64,000 nt of DNA from a virus. Taxonomy: Duplodnaviria > Heunggongvirae > Uroviricota > Caudoviricetes. The notes beneath the pieces are model-generated. The model saw only the letters and a program-made list of their open reading frames with translations, searched no databases and was not told the DNA's origin. Made by a program: the position numbers and the translations under genes. Position 1 is the first letter of the stretch, and every line of letters starts with the position of its first letter. Below, piece after piece: positions 36,076-45,896 of the stretch. The stretch is from the IMG/VR virus record IMGVR_UViG_2531839524_000004; one strand, given 5' to 3'.

Positions 36076-39000
36076 CTTCTCTCTTGGGGAGTCGGCTCTA
36101 AAAGCAGAAAACGCGGGGAAGATTGCCAGAGAAGCTGGCTACACCGCTGTAATTTCGGCAGATAGCATGAATATTGCGAGTGTTATTCCACTACAACGTG
36201 CCGCTGGTGACGACATGGCGGTTATTTGTGGTGTGAAACTAAACATCGTTGATGATCCCACATACGAGCACCGGGCTAAACTTGCTAAAGAGTCTATGAG
36301 ATGTATGGAATCATTAGAGCGTGGGCGGAACTACTCGTTTACCGCTCTAATTAAAAATGAGCAAGGATATCGCGACATCTGCGAACTAATGACGGTGGCC
36401 AACACACGAGAACAATTCTACTTTGTACCGCGTCTCTCGCTCGATCAGCTGGTTTCTACATATGCCAAAGGCAACATCATCCTGCTTACTTCCGACATCG
36501 GTAGCGTGTTCCAACGCAACGATTTTGCAAAAATCATAAGCTCACTGATTACAGCGGGTGGAAAAGACAACTTCTATAGCGTGGTTTATCCGCACCCTAC
36601 CCCATTCTACGACCAGATTAACGTCCGAGCGATGAAAGTAGCTAGCGCACTGAAAATAGAGCCAGTGGCGTTCTATCCCGCTTATTACGAATCGATCGAC
36701 GATGCAGACATTAAAGACATTGCGCACATGGTTACGAACAACATCAAAATAGCCCAGCCGCATCGTCTGCGTATCCCCCACCAGCGAGATAACGCCGTCA
36801 ATGGTCGCCGCCATCTCCTTGAGGCGCTTAAAGCCTTCTCCGTTCGCATGGATGTGCCGGTAACAGCTGCAATGGCCTCAACAACGCAGGACACCATTAT
36901 CGAAGCCTGCACATGGCGCTGGCATGAATTGCCACCAGCACTTCCTAAGATGGCAGACGACGAACCTGCAACACTGATGAAACTTGCTGTTGCAGGGCTG
37001 CGTAAGCGTCTTACCACAAAAGAGTTTGGCTATATACCACCGGCTTCTGAGAACAGGGTTTATGTTGAACGACTTAAGTACGAAATGGACACGCTGACTC
37101 GCCTGGGATTCTGTGGTTACTTCCTGATGGTGCGCGATCTGATGAATCATAGTCGTGAAACTGGCATTCCCGTTGGGCCTGGTCGTGGTTCCTCTGCCGG
37201 TTCTCTGGTGGCGTGGTGCATAGGCATAACCAACGTCGACCCAATCCGTCACGGTCTTCTGTTTGAACGTTTCATCAACCCTGAGCGTCTCGACTTGCCG
37301 GATGCGGATTTGGACTTCAGCCAGGCACGTCGCCATGAGGTGATCGAGTATCTGAATGAACGCTACGGCGAAGATTACGTTGCAGGCATTCCGAACTTCA
37401 CCTACCTGGGCGCCGCCTCTGCACTACGTGACACTGCTCGTATTTATGGTGTGGAGTCCGCAGATATGGCGGTATCAAAAGAGCTGAAGAACGTCGAGGA
37501 TGATAGCCTTCCATTGGAGGAGCTGCGCGAACAACTGGCAAGTCTCGACAAATACGCGACAAAATACCCTGATGCATTCAATGCAGCCTGCAAGTTACAA
37601 AGCCTTATGCGTGGCTTTGGTAGGCATGCGGCTGGGATGATCGTAGCAGGTGTTCCTCTGACTGAACGTACACCGGTTGAACGTCGTGGTGACGCGCGTT
37701 GTATCGCATTTGACAAGCGTTACTGCGAGGCTATGGGCCTAATTAAGCTGGACGTACTTGGCCTAGCAACTCTCGATTTGCTCGATAGTGCAAAACGCTA
37801 TATCAAAGAGAACACGGGTGAAGATATCAACCTTGATGCCATTTCTCTTGAAGATCGCAAGGTGCTGGATGGTTTTGCTGCTGGGTACACTCAAGGTGTT
37901 TTCCAGCTTGAATCAGGCCCAATGCGCAAGCTGCTTAAGGACTTAGGTAGTGGCATTGAGCCAATGAGCTTTAAAACGGTCGTTGCTACGACTGCGCTCT
38001 TCCGACCGGGGCCAATTCAGTCAGGCATGTTGGATGACTATGTTTCTGTCGCCAAAGGTTTTATGACGCCAGAGTCACTACACCCCGTTCTTGATGAGCT
38101 TACCGCAGAAACCAACGGTGTGATTCTCTATCAGGAGCAGACGATGAACGCGACCCGATTGCTTGCCGGCTTCACAATGGCTGAAGCTGACGGCGTTCGT
38201 AAAGCGATCGGCAAAAAAGATATGGAAAAAATGAAGAGCATGGGCGAGAAGTTCATCGTTCAGGCTCAAGCTGGCTGGATAGACGTTGAGCTGGAAGATG
38301 GCACTACACAGCGCATTCACCGTGCGGAACATTTTAAATGCGAAGACGGAACTCTGAAAACTGTCGAAGAGGCACTTGAGCACGGCGCAAAACTACCTAT
38401 AAACGCAGTACGCGTGACAGCGTCACACCCAGGGCTATCAGAGATGAAAGCGAAGGAGATCTGGACCGCATTCGAAAAAAATGGTGCCTACCAGTTCAAC
38501 AAATCACACTCTGTTGCTTACTCCTTAATCAGTTATCAATCTATGTGGTTGAAAACTCATTATCCCGCAGAGTTTTTCGCTGCTGCTCTTACTATTCTTG
38601 GTGAAGATAAACACCAGGGGCTGGTTAAAGATGCGCTGACCTATGGCATTCGCGTATTGCCACCAGACGTTAATGTGTCATCTAACCGAATAGAGATCCG
38701 CACGCTTGAAGATGGCAGCCAGGTGCTGTTCGCGCCTTTCTCTGCTGTGAAGGGGTGTTCAGAGAATGGCTGCCAAGCCATCATGAGAGCGCGTGAAAAA
38801 GTTGGAGGTAAATTCGAGTCACTGGCGCAATTCGAAGAAGCTGTCGAGAAACGTGCCTGTAATAGTCGAGTACGCGAATCACTGCAAAAAGTAGGGGCGT
38901 TTGCATCCATTGAGCCTGGTAGTCTGCCAGCAACTGATCCAGAGCGTCTCCGCGACCAAGCAGAATTGATGGGAAACCTTGTCATAGACGCAGTTAAAGC

Positions 39001-39568
39001 CTCACGTCCGTTTGAAATGAACCCCAAACGATCGGCTGAAATTAACGTGCTCATGACACGGATGGCGGCTGAAATGGGTTTAGGTGATGAACTAATCCGC
39101 CCCAGCATTGGTATTAAGCCGAAAATCATGATCATTCTGGACAATGCGAACGGCAATGATGCTCGAACCGGTTACTTTATGGAGAACGGATACGACGATT
39201 TTAAGGCCAAGTTGCTGACGGCCGGAGATTTGCGTATGGGCGATCTCTATGTCACAGGCGTTTGCAAGAAGGTTAAAGACAAAGAAAAAGACTACACCAA
39301 AGACGAGATCGGCCAGTTCACCGACTTTATGCGTGAAGAGATCAATCTGGTGCGTCCGACCTATGTTCTGACGTGTGGTAGTCGGGCGACGTCGCTCTTC
39401 AACAACAAGAGCAAACCATCCGACCTGGTTGGACGCAAAGAGTATCTGCCAGAGCTGGATGTGACCGTTTTCTACGGCTTTAACCCGAATATTTTGTACT
39501 TTCGTCCAGAGGAAGGCGAGAAGCTGGAAGCAATTCTGGCAGAGGTAGCGGAGACTATTAGCAAATGA
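36050..39568 (+). CDS. dnaE: DNA polymerase III alpha-like replicative polymerase (DnaE family)
   Basis: 'GPGRGSSAGSLVAWCIGITNVDP...FERFINPER...DLPDADLDF' and 'FNKSHSVAYSLISYQSMWLKTHYPAEF' are hallmark DnaE motifs; N-terminal PHP-like region lacks the usual His residues. Confidence 0.85.
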   Translation: MKALMVRTDFSLGESALKAENAGKIAREAGYTAVISADSMNIASVIPLQRAAGDDMAVICGVKLNIVDDPTYEHRAKLAKESMRCMESLERGRNYSFTALIKNEQGYRDICELMTVANTREQFYFVPRLSLDQLVSTYAKGNIILLTSDIGSVFQRNDFAKIISSLITAGGKDNFYSVVYPHPTPFYDQINVRAMKVASALKIEPVAFYPAYYESIDDADIKDIAHMVTNNIKIAQPHRLRIPHQRDNAVNGRRHLLEALKAFSVRMDVPVTAAMASTTQDTIIEACTWRWHELPPALPKMADDEPATLMKLAVAGLRKRLTTKEFGYIPPASENRVYVERLKYEMDTLTRLGFCGYFLMVRDLMNHSRETGIPVGPGRGSSAGSLVAWCIGITNVDPIRHGLLFERFINPERLDLPDADLDFSQARRHEVIEYLNERYGEDYVAGIPNFTYLGAASALRDTARIYGVESADMAVSKELKNVEDDSLPLEELREQLASLDKYATKYPDAFNAACKLQSLMRGFGRHAAGMIVAGVPLTERTPVERRGDARCIAFDKRYCEAMGLIKLDVLGLATLDLLDSAKRYIKENTGEDINLDAISLEDRKVLDGFAAGYTQGVFQLESGPMRKLLKDLGSGIEPMSFKTVVATTALFRPGPIQSGMLDDYVSVAKGFMTPESLHPVLDELTAETNGVILYQEQTMNATRLLAGFTMAEADGVRKAIGKKDMEKMKSMGEKFIVQAQAGWIDVELEDGTTQRIHRAEHFKCEDGTLKTVEEALEHGAKLPINAVRVTASHPGLSEMKAKEIWTAFEKNGAYQFNKSHSVAYSLISYQSMWLKTHYPAEFFAAALTILGEDKHQGLVKDALTYGIRVLPPDVNVSSNRIEIRTLEDGSQVLFAPFSAVKGCSENGCQAIMRAREKVGGKFESLAQFEEAVEKRACNSRVRESLQKVGAFASIEPGSLPATDPERLRDQAELMGNLVIDAVKASRPFEMNPKRSAEINVLMTRMAAEMGLGDELIRPSIGIKPKIMIILDNANGNDARTGYFMENGYDDFKAKLLTAGDLRMGDLYVTGVCKKVKDKEKDYTKDEIGQFTDFMREEINLVRPTYVLTCGSRATSLFNNKSKPSDLVGRKEYLPELDVTVFYGFNPNILYFRPEEGEKLEAILAEVAETISK

Positions 39569-39702
39569 ACAAAGAGAACACCATAAAGGTGGTCAAAGAA
39601 TTTATGGAAGTGAACAGATTGGCGATGTGAGACAGTATCGGCTGAAGCGTCAAACCAGAGTAACGCGATCCAACATTTTTAGTAAGAAAGTCGCTTAATT
39701 GT

Positions 39703-39726
39703 AAGGCTCGCTAAGTAGCGAGCCTT
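39703..39726. terminator. Stable hairpin (terminator-like) downstream of the polymerase gene
   Basis: 'AAGGCTCGCT-AAGT-AGCGAGCCTT', 10-bp perfect stem, no strong T-run. Confidence 0.45.
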
Positions 39727-39746
39727 AATAGCAACAATAAGAGGAC

Positions 39747-40595
39747 TCAATATTTAACAAATATTTCATTAAGCCTAGGGTTAACTTGGTCATATTTATC
39801 TATGTCGTCTTTTAAAACTGAATGACATTTGACACCAATTTCAAATGCTATCAATATCGAATTTATATATTGATTATAGCATTCAATCAAAGATTTAATA
39901 TCAGATGATAGTTGTATCAACCGTGGATTGACTCTAAGAGCACTAATAACCTTATCATACTTGTTAAGCAACCCATTCAATTCATTAGCAAAATTATATG
40001 GATAACCATTTTGGTATGTATTTTCATCATCAGCAGGACCTAAATAATCACCAATGCACTTAAGTTTATTCTTAATGAATACAGCATCTTCAGTGGCATC
40101 TATATCATTTTTCGTTAAGAAAAGTTCTATCCACTTGTTCTTGTCCGACTCTTTCAAAAGGTTATTTTCTTTATCAAAAGTAATACAATAGCTATCACTT
40201 TTTTTCTCGTTGGAAATACTAATCATTTCCGCCAACTCGTCTTTACCTAAATGTTTCCAAAATATTACAGGGAGACCGTTGTCGTTTAGAAAAACGCGAA
40301 CAATGACAATCGGATCATTAATACTTTGCCAATAAATTAAATTTTTAATAGGTACAGAAACTCTTAGTGAATCATCGATTTTTTTACTTGTTGTTTTAAC
40401 TTGAACTCCAATAAACATACCTGTTGAATGACAGTTGTCATCATAAATCTCAACCTGAGCATCCAACCCCATGTCAATATCAAGAATTCGGCAAGGCCAT
40501 ACAAATTTATTTGAAATCCAATATGCGAAATAAAACTCACCAGCATTTCCGTTAGCAACTCTTTCGATATATCTCATGCCCTGATCGTTTGCCAC
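39747..40595 (-). CDS. Hypothetical protein with possible PD-(D/E)xK nuclease-like N-terminal domain, in an AT-rich island
   Basis: 282 aa; N-terminal 'GNAGEFYFAYWIS...ILDIDMGLDAQVEIYDD...FIGVQVKTT' gives a G-x-D...Q-x-K pattern reminiscent of restriction-endonuclease-like folds (inference); strongly AT-rich. Confidence 0.5.
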   Translation of the reverse strand: MANDQGMRYIERVANGNAGEFYFAYWISNKFVWPCRILDIDMGLDAQVEIYDDNCHSTGMFIGVQVKTTSKKIDDSLRVSVPIKNLIYWQSINDPIVIVRVFLNDNGLPVIFWKHLGKDELAEMISISNEKKSDSYCITFDKENNLLKESDKNKWIELFLTKNDIDATEDAVFIKNKLKCIGDYLGPADDENTYQNGYPYNFANELNGLLNKYDKVISALRVNPRLIQLSSDIKSLIECYNQYINSILIAFEIGVKCHSVLKDDIDKYDQVNPRLNEIFVKY

Positions 40596-40749
40596 TTCCG
40601 TATCCCTTGTTAAGTTATCACTGGAGCACTTTAGAGAACACTTTGATAATTAACAAGTTGCAGCCTAGTGGACAGACAAAGGCTATTGTTTGATGTAACA
40701 CCAGATAGTCATATAATTGATATATAGAAATAAGTAACAGGATACATTT

Positions 40750-41181
40750 ATGAACGCCGATATTTACGAGAAAATAATGTCTGATCTCGAGTTTGACCGA
40801 GACAATCTGGAAGACGTCTGGCGTAGACAACCTCGCCTGTTGATGGAGTATGGTTCAAAGCTCGCCCATGCAGAAAGAAGTGTCGCAGAGGCAAAACTTA
40901 ACCTTGAAGCTGTTGAAGCAAAGCTATACGACACAGAGCGTAAGAACTTGAGTATGAACGGCATTAAGTTCAACGAATCTGTACTAGACGCTAAGGTTAA
41001 AACAAACCCACAGTATCTATCTAAACGGCAGAAGTTGGATGAAGCACGGCACATCGCAGACATATACAAACATGCTGTCGCCGCCTTTTCGCATCGCCGA
41101 GACATGATCGTTCAGGCGTCGAAGATGGCCATTGTTGAATTAGAGCGATTAGGCTCTGAACGCTTTATCACTCCCCGTTGA
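40750..41181 (+). CDS. Hypothetical protein (predicted coiled coil)
   Basis: 143-aa ORF divergent from the AT-rich minus-strand gene. Confidence 0.45.
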   Translation: MNADIYEKIMSDLEFDRDNLEDVWRRQPRLLMEYGSKLAHAERSVAEAKLNLEAVEAKLYDTERKNLSMNGIKFNESVLDAKVKTNPQYLSKRQKLDEARHIADIYKHAVAAFSHRRDMIVQASKMAIVELERLGSERFITPR

Positions 41182-41298
41182 TTTTTGATAGATAATAAGT
41201 AAGTACTGATCTATCATTTAGCAGCTCGAAAGAGTCACGAATGAACGAAAGCCCAACGCGCATAGCGCCATCGGCCAAATCACAACAAGGAGAAACAC

Positions 41299-42327
41299 AT
41301 GTCTAAGACATTACTTGATTTGCTTAACAAAACTCGTGAAGACATTGCCGCCAAACGTGGTAACAACGTTGATCTGACTCGCTTAAAAGACGGCGTCAAC
41401 TATATCCGCATCTTCCCGAATAAAGACGACCCAAACGGTAAGTTCTTCCAGACTTTCGGTATGCACTACGTTAAGTATCAGAACGAGGAAGGTAAAGAAG
41501 CAACCAACGCTTATATTTGTGAGCAACATACTCACGGTCGCGCTTGTCAGCTATGCGAAATGGTGATGGAAGGTCGCGCTCGTCACAAGGGTAACAAAGC
41601 AATGGAAGAACGCATCGGTCAAATGCGTGCCACTCCTCGCTACCTGGTCAACGGCATTCTTTCTGCTCGTGAGGATTTCGCAGATGCTGAGAAATGCCAG
41701 TTAATCGAGCTGCCGTCTACTGTATTCGATGATATCTGCAAAGCAATCACCGAAGACATCGCTGATGATATCGGCAATCCACTGAGCAAAGAGGAAGGCT
41801 ACGCATTCCTGATTAAACGTACTGGCTCTGGTCGCGATACCAAATATGACGTCTCGCCTAAGCGTAAAGTCTACAAAGGCGATATCGAAGATAAATTCTG
41901 GAACACCCAGCATGATCTGATCGCATACGCAAATCAGGCTGATGAAACTCGTCTTCTGTCGACAGTTCGCACTATGGGTCGTCTGATTGGCATCGCTGCA
42001 CCAACTGCCGCAGCATCTGCACCAGCAATTTCCTCAACCGCGAAAACATCGGCTGCGGCACTACCTGGATTTGGCTCTGTCACTGGTCATACAGAAGGAG
42101 CGACGGCTGTAGCTACCGCTCATACCCCAGCTTCTGAACCAACCAGTCTGGTTGATGAAGAAATCCTCCGTGCCGTTGAAACTGAATTTAAACCAGAAGC
42201 AAGTTCCGCTGCCGTTGCCGTATCAGTCAAAGAGTCTGAAGCAGTCGCAGCGACATCTGTAGCAGCCGCATCTGCGACGGAAGATGAAGGTCTGGATGAC
42301 CTACTGAGAGAGCTGGACTCTCTGTAA
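41299..42327 (+). CDS. Single-stranded DNA-binding protein (T4 gp32-like, putative)
   Basis: His/Cys cluster 'HTHGRACQLCE' resembling a gp32-type zinc site; Ala-rich linker; acidic C-terminal tail 'EDEGLDDLLRELDSL'. Confidence 0.5.
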   Translation: MSKTLLDLLNKTREDIAAKRGNNVDLTRLKDGVNYIRIFPNKDDPNGKFFQTFGMHYVKYQNEEGKEATNAYICEQHTHGRACQLCEMVMEGRARHKGNKAMEERIGQMRATPRYLVNGILSAREDFADAEKCQLIELPSTVFDDICKAITEDIADDIGNPLSKEEGYAFLIKRTGSGRDTKYDVSPKRKVYKGDIEDKFWNTQHDLIAYANQADETRLLSTVRTMGRLIGIAAPTAAASAPAISSTAKTSAAALPGFGSVTGHTEGATAVATAHTPASEPTSLVDEEILRAVETEFKPEASSAAVAVSVKESEAVAATSVAAASATEDEGLDDLLRELDSL

Positions 42328-42336
42328 TCCCATTAC

Positions 42337-43332
42337 GTGACCAGTAAGGCGTCTACGGACGCCTTACTTTTTGGAAGGAATGTACCGGTGAATTATCTCT
42401 TCGTAGATGGCAATAGCCTGGGTTATTACCACCAACAATCTGACAAATTGCACAACGGCGAAATGGAAGTACAGGCTGCTTTCGGCTTTGTTAAGAACGT
42501 CCGTCGTTATGCCTCCATCCTCCATGCCCGACCTATGATTCTTTGGGATGGATTTAGTGACAAGCGTCGCGACTTTTACCCGGACTACAAAGCAAATCGC
42601 GACGACGATCCTGATATGAAAAAGATGAAGGAAGGCTTTGCTATCCAGAAGCCATACATCCTCAAAATGATGACCGCGCTTGGTGTTAACCAAATCATTG
42701 CAAAAGATGCAGAAGCGGATGATCTGGCCGGGCTGCTGGTATCCCGCATGGCACCGCAGCCAACCGTTGAACACATCTATCTGTTAACAGGCGATAGCGA
42801 CTGGCTTCAGTTAGTTCGCGAAAACGTAAGCTGGGTAAGCCTGCGTGAAGACGCCAAAAACAAGCAGGTTAATTTTGAGCAATTTGCGGAGCTGACAGGA
42901 TTCGCCACGCCTCGCGCATTTTTGGAAGCAAAAGCATTACAAGGCGATAACTCGGACAACATTAGCGGTGTTGGTGGCATTGGTGCTGGCGGTGCGAAAG
43001 AGCTGCTGCATGAATGGGGAAGTGTCGCAACGATGGTACGCGGCATCAACGACGGCTCAATCGTGGTTAATAAAGGGCGTCATAAGACCGCCTTCAACAA
43101 ACTAGCGAAGAATGCCTTCAACGAGAAAACAGGCTGTCGAATGCTCGAAGCGTTCAAGAGAAACATCACGCTAATGAACCTGATTGAGACGAAGTTTCCG
43201 CCTACCGAAATCGAAACAATCAAAGGCAATCGTGACGTGAAAGCATTCGAGCAACTGTGCTACGAGCTGAATTTCCGTTCGTTCCTTGAAGACCTTGAAG
43301 TGTTTGTTCTTCCATTCGAAAGGTATTGCTAA
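42337..43332 (+). CDS. 5'-3' exonuclease / flap endonuclease
   Basis: N-terminal 'VNYLFVDGNSLGYY' and helix-hairpin-helix 'GDNSDNISGVGGIGAGGAKELL' are characteristic of FEN-family nucleases. Confidence 0.75.
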   Translation: MTSKASTDALLFGRNVPVNYLFVDGNSLGYYHQQSDKLHNGEMEVQAAFGFVKNVRRYASILHARPMILWDGFSDKRRDFYPDYKANRDDDPDMKKMKEGFAIQKPYILKMMTALGVNQIIAKDAEADDLAGLLVSRMAPQPTVEHIYLLTGDSDWLQLVRENVSWVSLREDAKNKQVNFEQFAELTGFATPRAFLEAKALQGDNSDNISGVGGIGAGGAKELLHEWGSVATMVRGINDGSIVVNKGRHKTAFNKLAKNAFNEKTGCRMLEAFKRNITLMNLIETKFPPTEIETIKGNRDVKAFEQLCYELNFRSFLEDLEVFVLPFERYC

Positions 43333-43598
43333 TGCTTAAATCGATTATCAATGGCGCTACAACCACCCCTGCCCAACTGGCAAAAGAGATTGTCTTTTAT
43401 CACGGTGAGTACGCTGTCATCGCACTGCCGTCAATTCTAGGCGCTGCCGGAATGAAAGCGACAGATCGCGAGTTTGGATTAGTCAGCGAGCAGGTCGTAA
43501 AAATCCTCGCTCGTGTATCCAGACTCCTTAACCACGATGCGATTGTATTCGACGAATCCGCCGCTTTAAAACGAATCAACGAAACAAAAGGAGCCTGA
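43326..43598 (+). CDS. Hypothetical protein
   Basis: 90-aa ORF between the FEN and recombinase genes. Confidence 0.4.
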   Translation: MLMLKSIINGATTTPAQLAKEIVFYHGEYAVIALPSILGAAGMKATDREFGLVSEQVVKILARVSRLLNHDAIVFDESAALKRINETKGA

Positions 43599-43600
43599 TC

Positions 43601-44674
43601 ATGGCAAAAGGAAAATCCGCACTGGCACTTGCTCTGAAAAAGAAAATCGGTAGCAACGACGAAATTCAGAAAGTAACTCATTGGATTGATACAGGCTTTC
43701 CACCGTTAAACAAAGCTATTTCTGGTCGTTACGATGGCGGCTTCCCATGTGGTCGTATCGTCGAAGGATTCGGTCCTCCAAGTGCAGGGAAAACGTTCCT
43801 TGCAACAGCAGCGATGATCTCCGCTCAAAAACAAGATGGTCTGGCGGTATTCCTCGATCATGAAAACAGTTTTGACGTTGGCCTGGCTGTAGCCAATGGC
43901 CTGAACGCAGATGAGGATGACGGTCAGTGGGTATACAAGCAGCCTGATACCTTCGAAGACTCTGTAGAGTTGATCGGCACAATTCTTAAATTGGTACGTG
44001 ATGAAGAGCTTATTCCTGAATCAGCACCTATCTGTATCGTGGCTGACTCACTTGCGTCTATGGTTCCGAACTCCAAAGCCGAGAAGTTCGAAAAGATGGC
44101 TGAAGGCACTGCCAAAGACAAAGATCAGCTAAACATGAACGACAATACGGCACTGGCTCGTGCGACAAGTGCGAACTTCCCTACTCTGGCTTTGTGGGCA
44201 CGCAAATACAACGCCTGCATCATCTTCTTGAATCAGGTTCGCACAAAAATCGGTGTAATGTTTGGCGACCCTACTACGTCGCCAGGTGGAGATTCACCGA
44301 AGTTCTACGCTTCTGTACGTATCCGTCTTGGTGCATCGGTGATGAAGGATGGTAAAGAGAAGATCGGCCAGGACGTAGGCGCAGAATGCATCAAAAACAA
44401 AGTTGCACCACCGTATGGCAAATGCACCTGGAAATTCTACTTCGATCCTACTCGTGGCCTCGACGTTATCGAATCGCTCGTCGAGTACATGCTGGAAGAA
44501 GGATACCTGCCAAAGAACGCCAGCGGGCGAGTTGAAATTGGTGACAAGAAATACACCAAATCGCAGATCGTCGAGATGTATCGGGAGAAGCCACTGGCTG
44601 AAATCATTGCGGCTTTGCAGGCAATCGACGACCGAAGAGCAAAAGACAACCCCACCGAGTCAGTAGAAGAGTAA
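43601..44674 (+). CDS. RecA/UvsX-family recombinase
   Basis: 'GRIVEGFGPPSAGKTFLA' closely parallels the RecA Walker A region; 'ICIVADSLASMVP' is Walker B-like. Confidence 0.75.
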   Translation: MAKGKSALALALKKKIGSNDEIQKVTHWIDTGFPPLNKAISGRYDGGFPCGRIVEGFGPPSAGKTFLATAAMISAQKQDGLAVFLDHENSFDVGLAVANGLNADEDDGQWVYKQPDTFEDSVELIGTILKLVRDEELIPESAPICIVADSLASMVPNSKAEKFEKMAEGTAKDKDQLNMNDNTALARATSANFPTLALWARKYNACIIFLNQVRTKIGVMFGDPTTSPGGDSPKFYASVRIRLGASVMKDGKEKIGQDVGAECIKNKVAPPYGKCTWKFYFDPTRGLDVIESLVEYMLEEGYLPKNASGRVEIGDKKYTKSQIVEMYREKPLAEIIAALQAIDDRRAKDNPTESVEE

Positions 44675-44766
44675 ACACAAGGCGTCCACAGGACGCCTTT
44701 TTTATCTCTTGAAAATATATAAGTACTTACTTATTATTTTCGCATAACAACCACATAGGAAAACAC

Positions 44767-44967
44767 ATGATCAAAATCTATCTATTGGCAGTAGCCACAG
44801 GCCTTTCAGTGGCTCTCATCTACGGTTTACTGGTTCCGTCGCTGATTTCTACCAAGAGTGATTTAGCCGTCATGTTTGGAGTTATCGTTGGTTTTGGTGC
44901 TCCTGTAATCGGTCTTATTGCTGGTCGTAAGTTTATCAACTCATTAATCAAAGCAAAGGGGAAATAA
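44767..44967 (+). CDS. Small two-TM membrane protein
   Basis: 66 aa, two hydrophobic segments; immediately upstream of the SPFH gene. Confidence 0.45.
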   Translation: MIKIYLLAVATGLSVALIYGLLVPSLISTKSDLAVMFGVIVGFGAPVIGLIAGRKFINSLIKAKGK

Positions 44968-44970
44968 GTA

Positions 44971-45801
44971 ATGAAGAAAGGTTTACTTGCAGTTGCTCTG
45001 GCGGCTATTTGCACAATGGGTCTTACTGGCTGTGATCGCGTGGAGCCTGGATACGTTGGCATCAAAGTAAACAAATTAGGTGAAGACAAAGGGATCGGTG
45101 AAGTGGTTGGCGTTGGTCGCCAATGGACAGGTCTTAACACCGAACTTTACGTATTCCCGACCTTCAAACAAATGAAGACCTACGACGAACCGTTCACATT
45201 CCAGATGAGTGACGGTACTGCTATTGGTCACAAAATTGGCGTTGCGTATCTGGTTAATCGTGACAAGGTAACGACGGTGTTCCAGACCTATCGCAAAGGC
45301 GTAGACGATATCACCGAATCAGATCTGCGTCAGAAAATTGCCGACTCTCTAAACCGTTTGGCCAGCCGTATGACCACTGACTCATTTATCGACGGTGGTA
45401 AGGCGCAATTGCTGGACAACGCACTGAAAGATATTCAGAAAGAGATGTCTCCGGTTGGTATTGAGGTACTGAGCCTGTCATGGGTTGGAAAGCCTGATTA
45501 CCCAAAAACCGTCATTGAATCTATCAACGCCAAAGTAACGGCTAACCAGCGTACTCTGCAACGTCAGCAGGAAGTTGAACAGCGTAAAGCTGAGGCGAAT
45601 ATGCTACGTGAACAGGCTAATGGTGAAGCTGATGCTATCCGTGCTCGTGCGCAAGCAGAAGCCGACGCCATTCGTCTGCGCGGTGAAGCTCTGCGTCAAA
45701 ACCCGAACGTTATGGAGCTGGAAGCCATCAATAAATGGAATGGCCAGTTACCGCAGTACATGACTCAAGGGGCTAACACTCCTTTCATTACAGTGAAATA
45801 A
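44971..45801 (+). CDS. SPFH/band-7 (stomatin/HflC-like) lipoprotein
   Basis: Signal peptide with lipobox 'LTGC'; SPFH-like core; C-terminal Ala/Glu/Arg/Gln-rich coiled coil 'EADAIRARAQAEADAIRLRGEA'. Confidence 0.7.
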   Translation: MKKGLLAVALAAICTMGLTGCDRVEPGYVGIKVNKLGEDKGIGEVVGVGRQWTGLNTELYVFPTFKQMKTYDEPFTFQMSDGTAIGHKIGVAYLVNRDKVTTVFQTYRKGVDDITESDLRQKIADSLNRLASRMTTDSFIDGGKAQLLDNALKDIQKEMSPVGIEVLSLSWVGKPDYPKTVIESINAKVTANQRTLQRQQEVEQRKAEANMLREQANGEADAIRARAQAEADAIRLRGEALRQNPNVMELEAINKWNGQLPQYMTQGANTPFITVK

Positions 45802-45896
45802 CTCTCATTAAGAAGATCAGGCGTCCAGTTGGACGCCGTTTTATTCTCGTTATTATCACACACAAGAAAACAATTTGTTAAAAGGTTAAGTTAATT

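Noticed and set aside
36542-37336. Minus-strand ORFs within the polymerase gene
   Set aside because: Antisense to a strongly supported DnaE coding region; no motifs or expression signals.
38900-39568. Possible uracil-DNA-glycosylase-like accessory domain at the C-terminus of the DnaE-type polymerase
   Set aside because: The resemblance is only a loose pattern; total length matches a standard DnaE, so the region is more likely the divergent OB-fold/C-terminal domain. Not supportable without a profile search.
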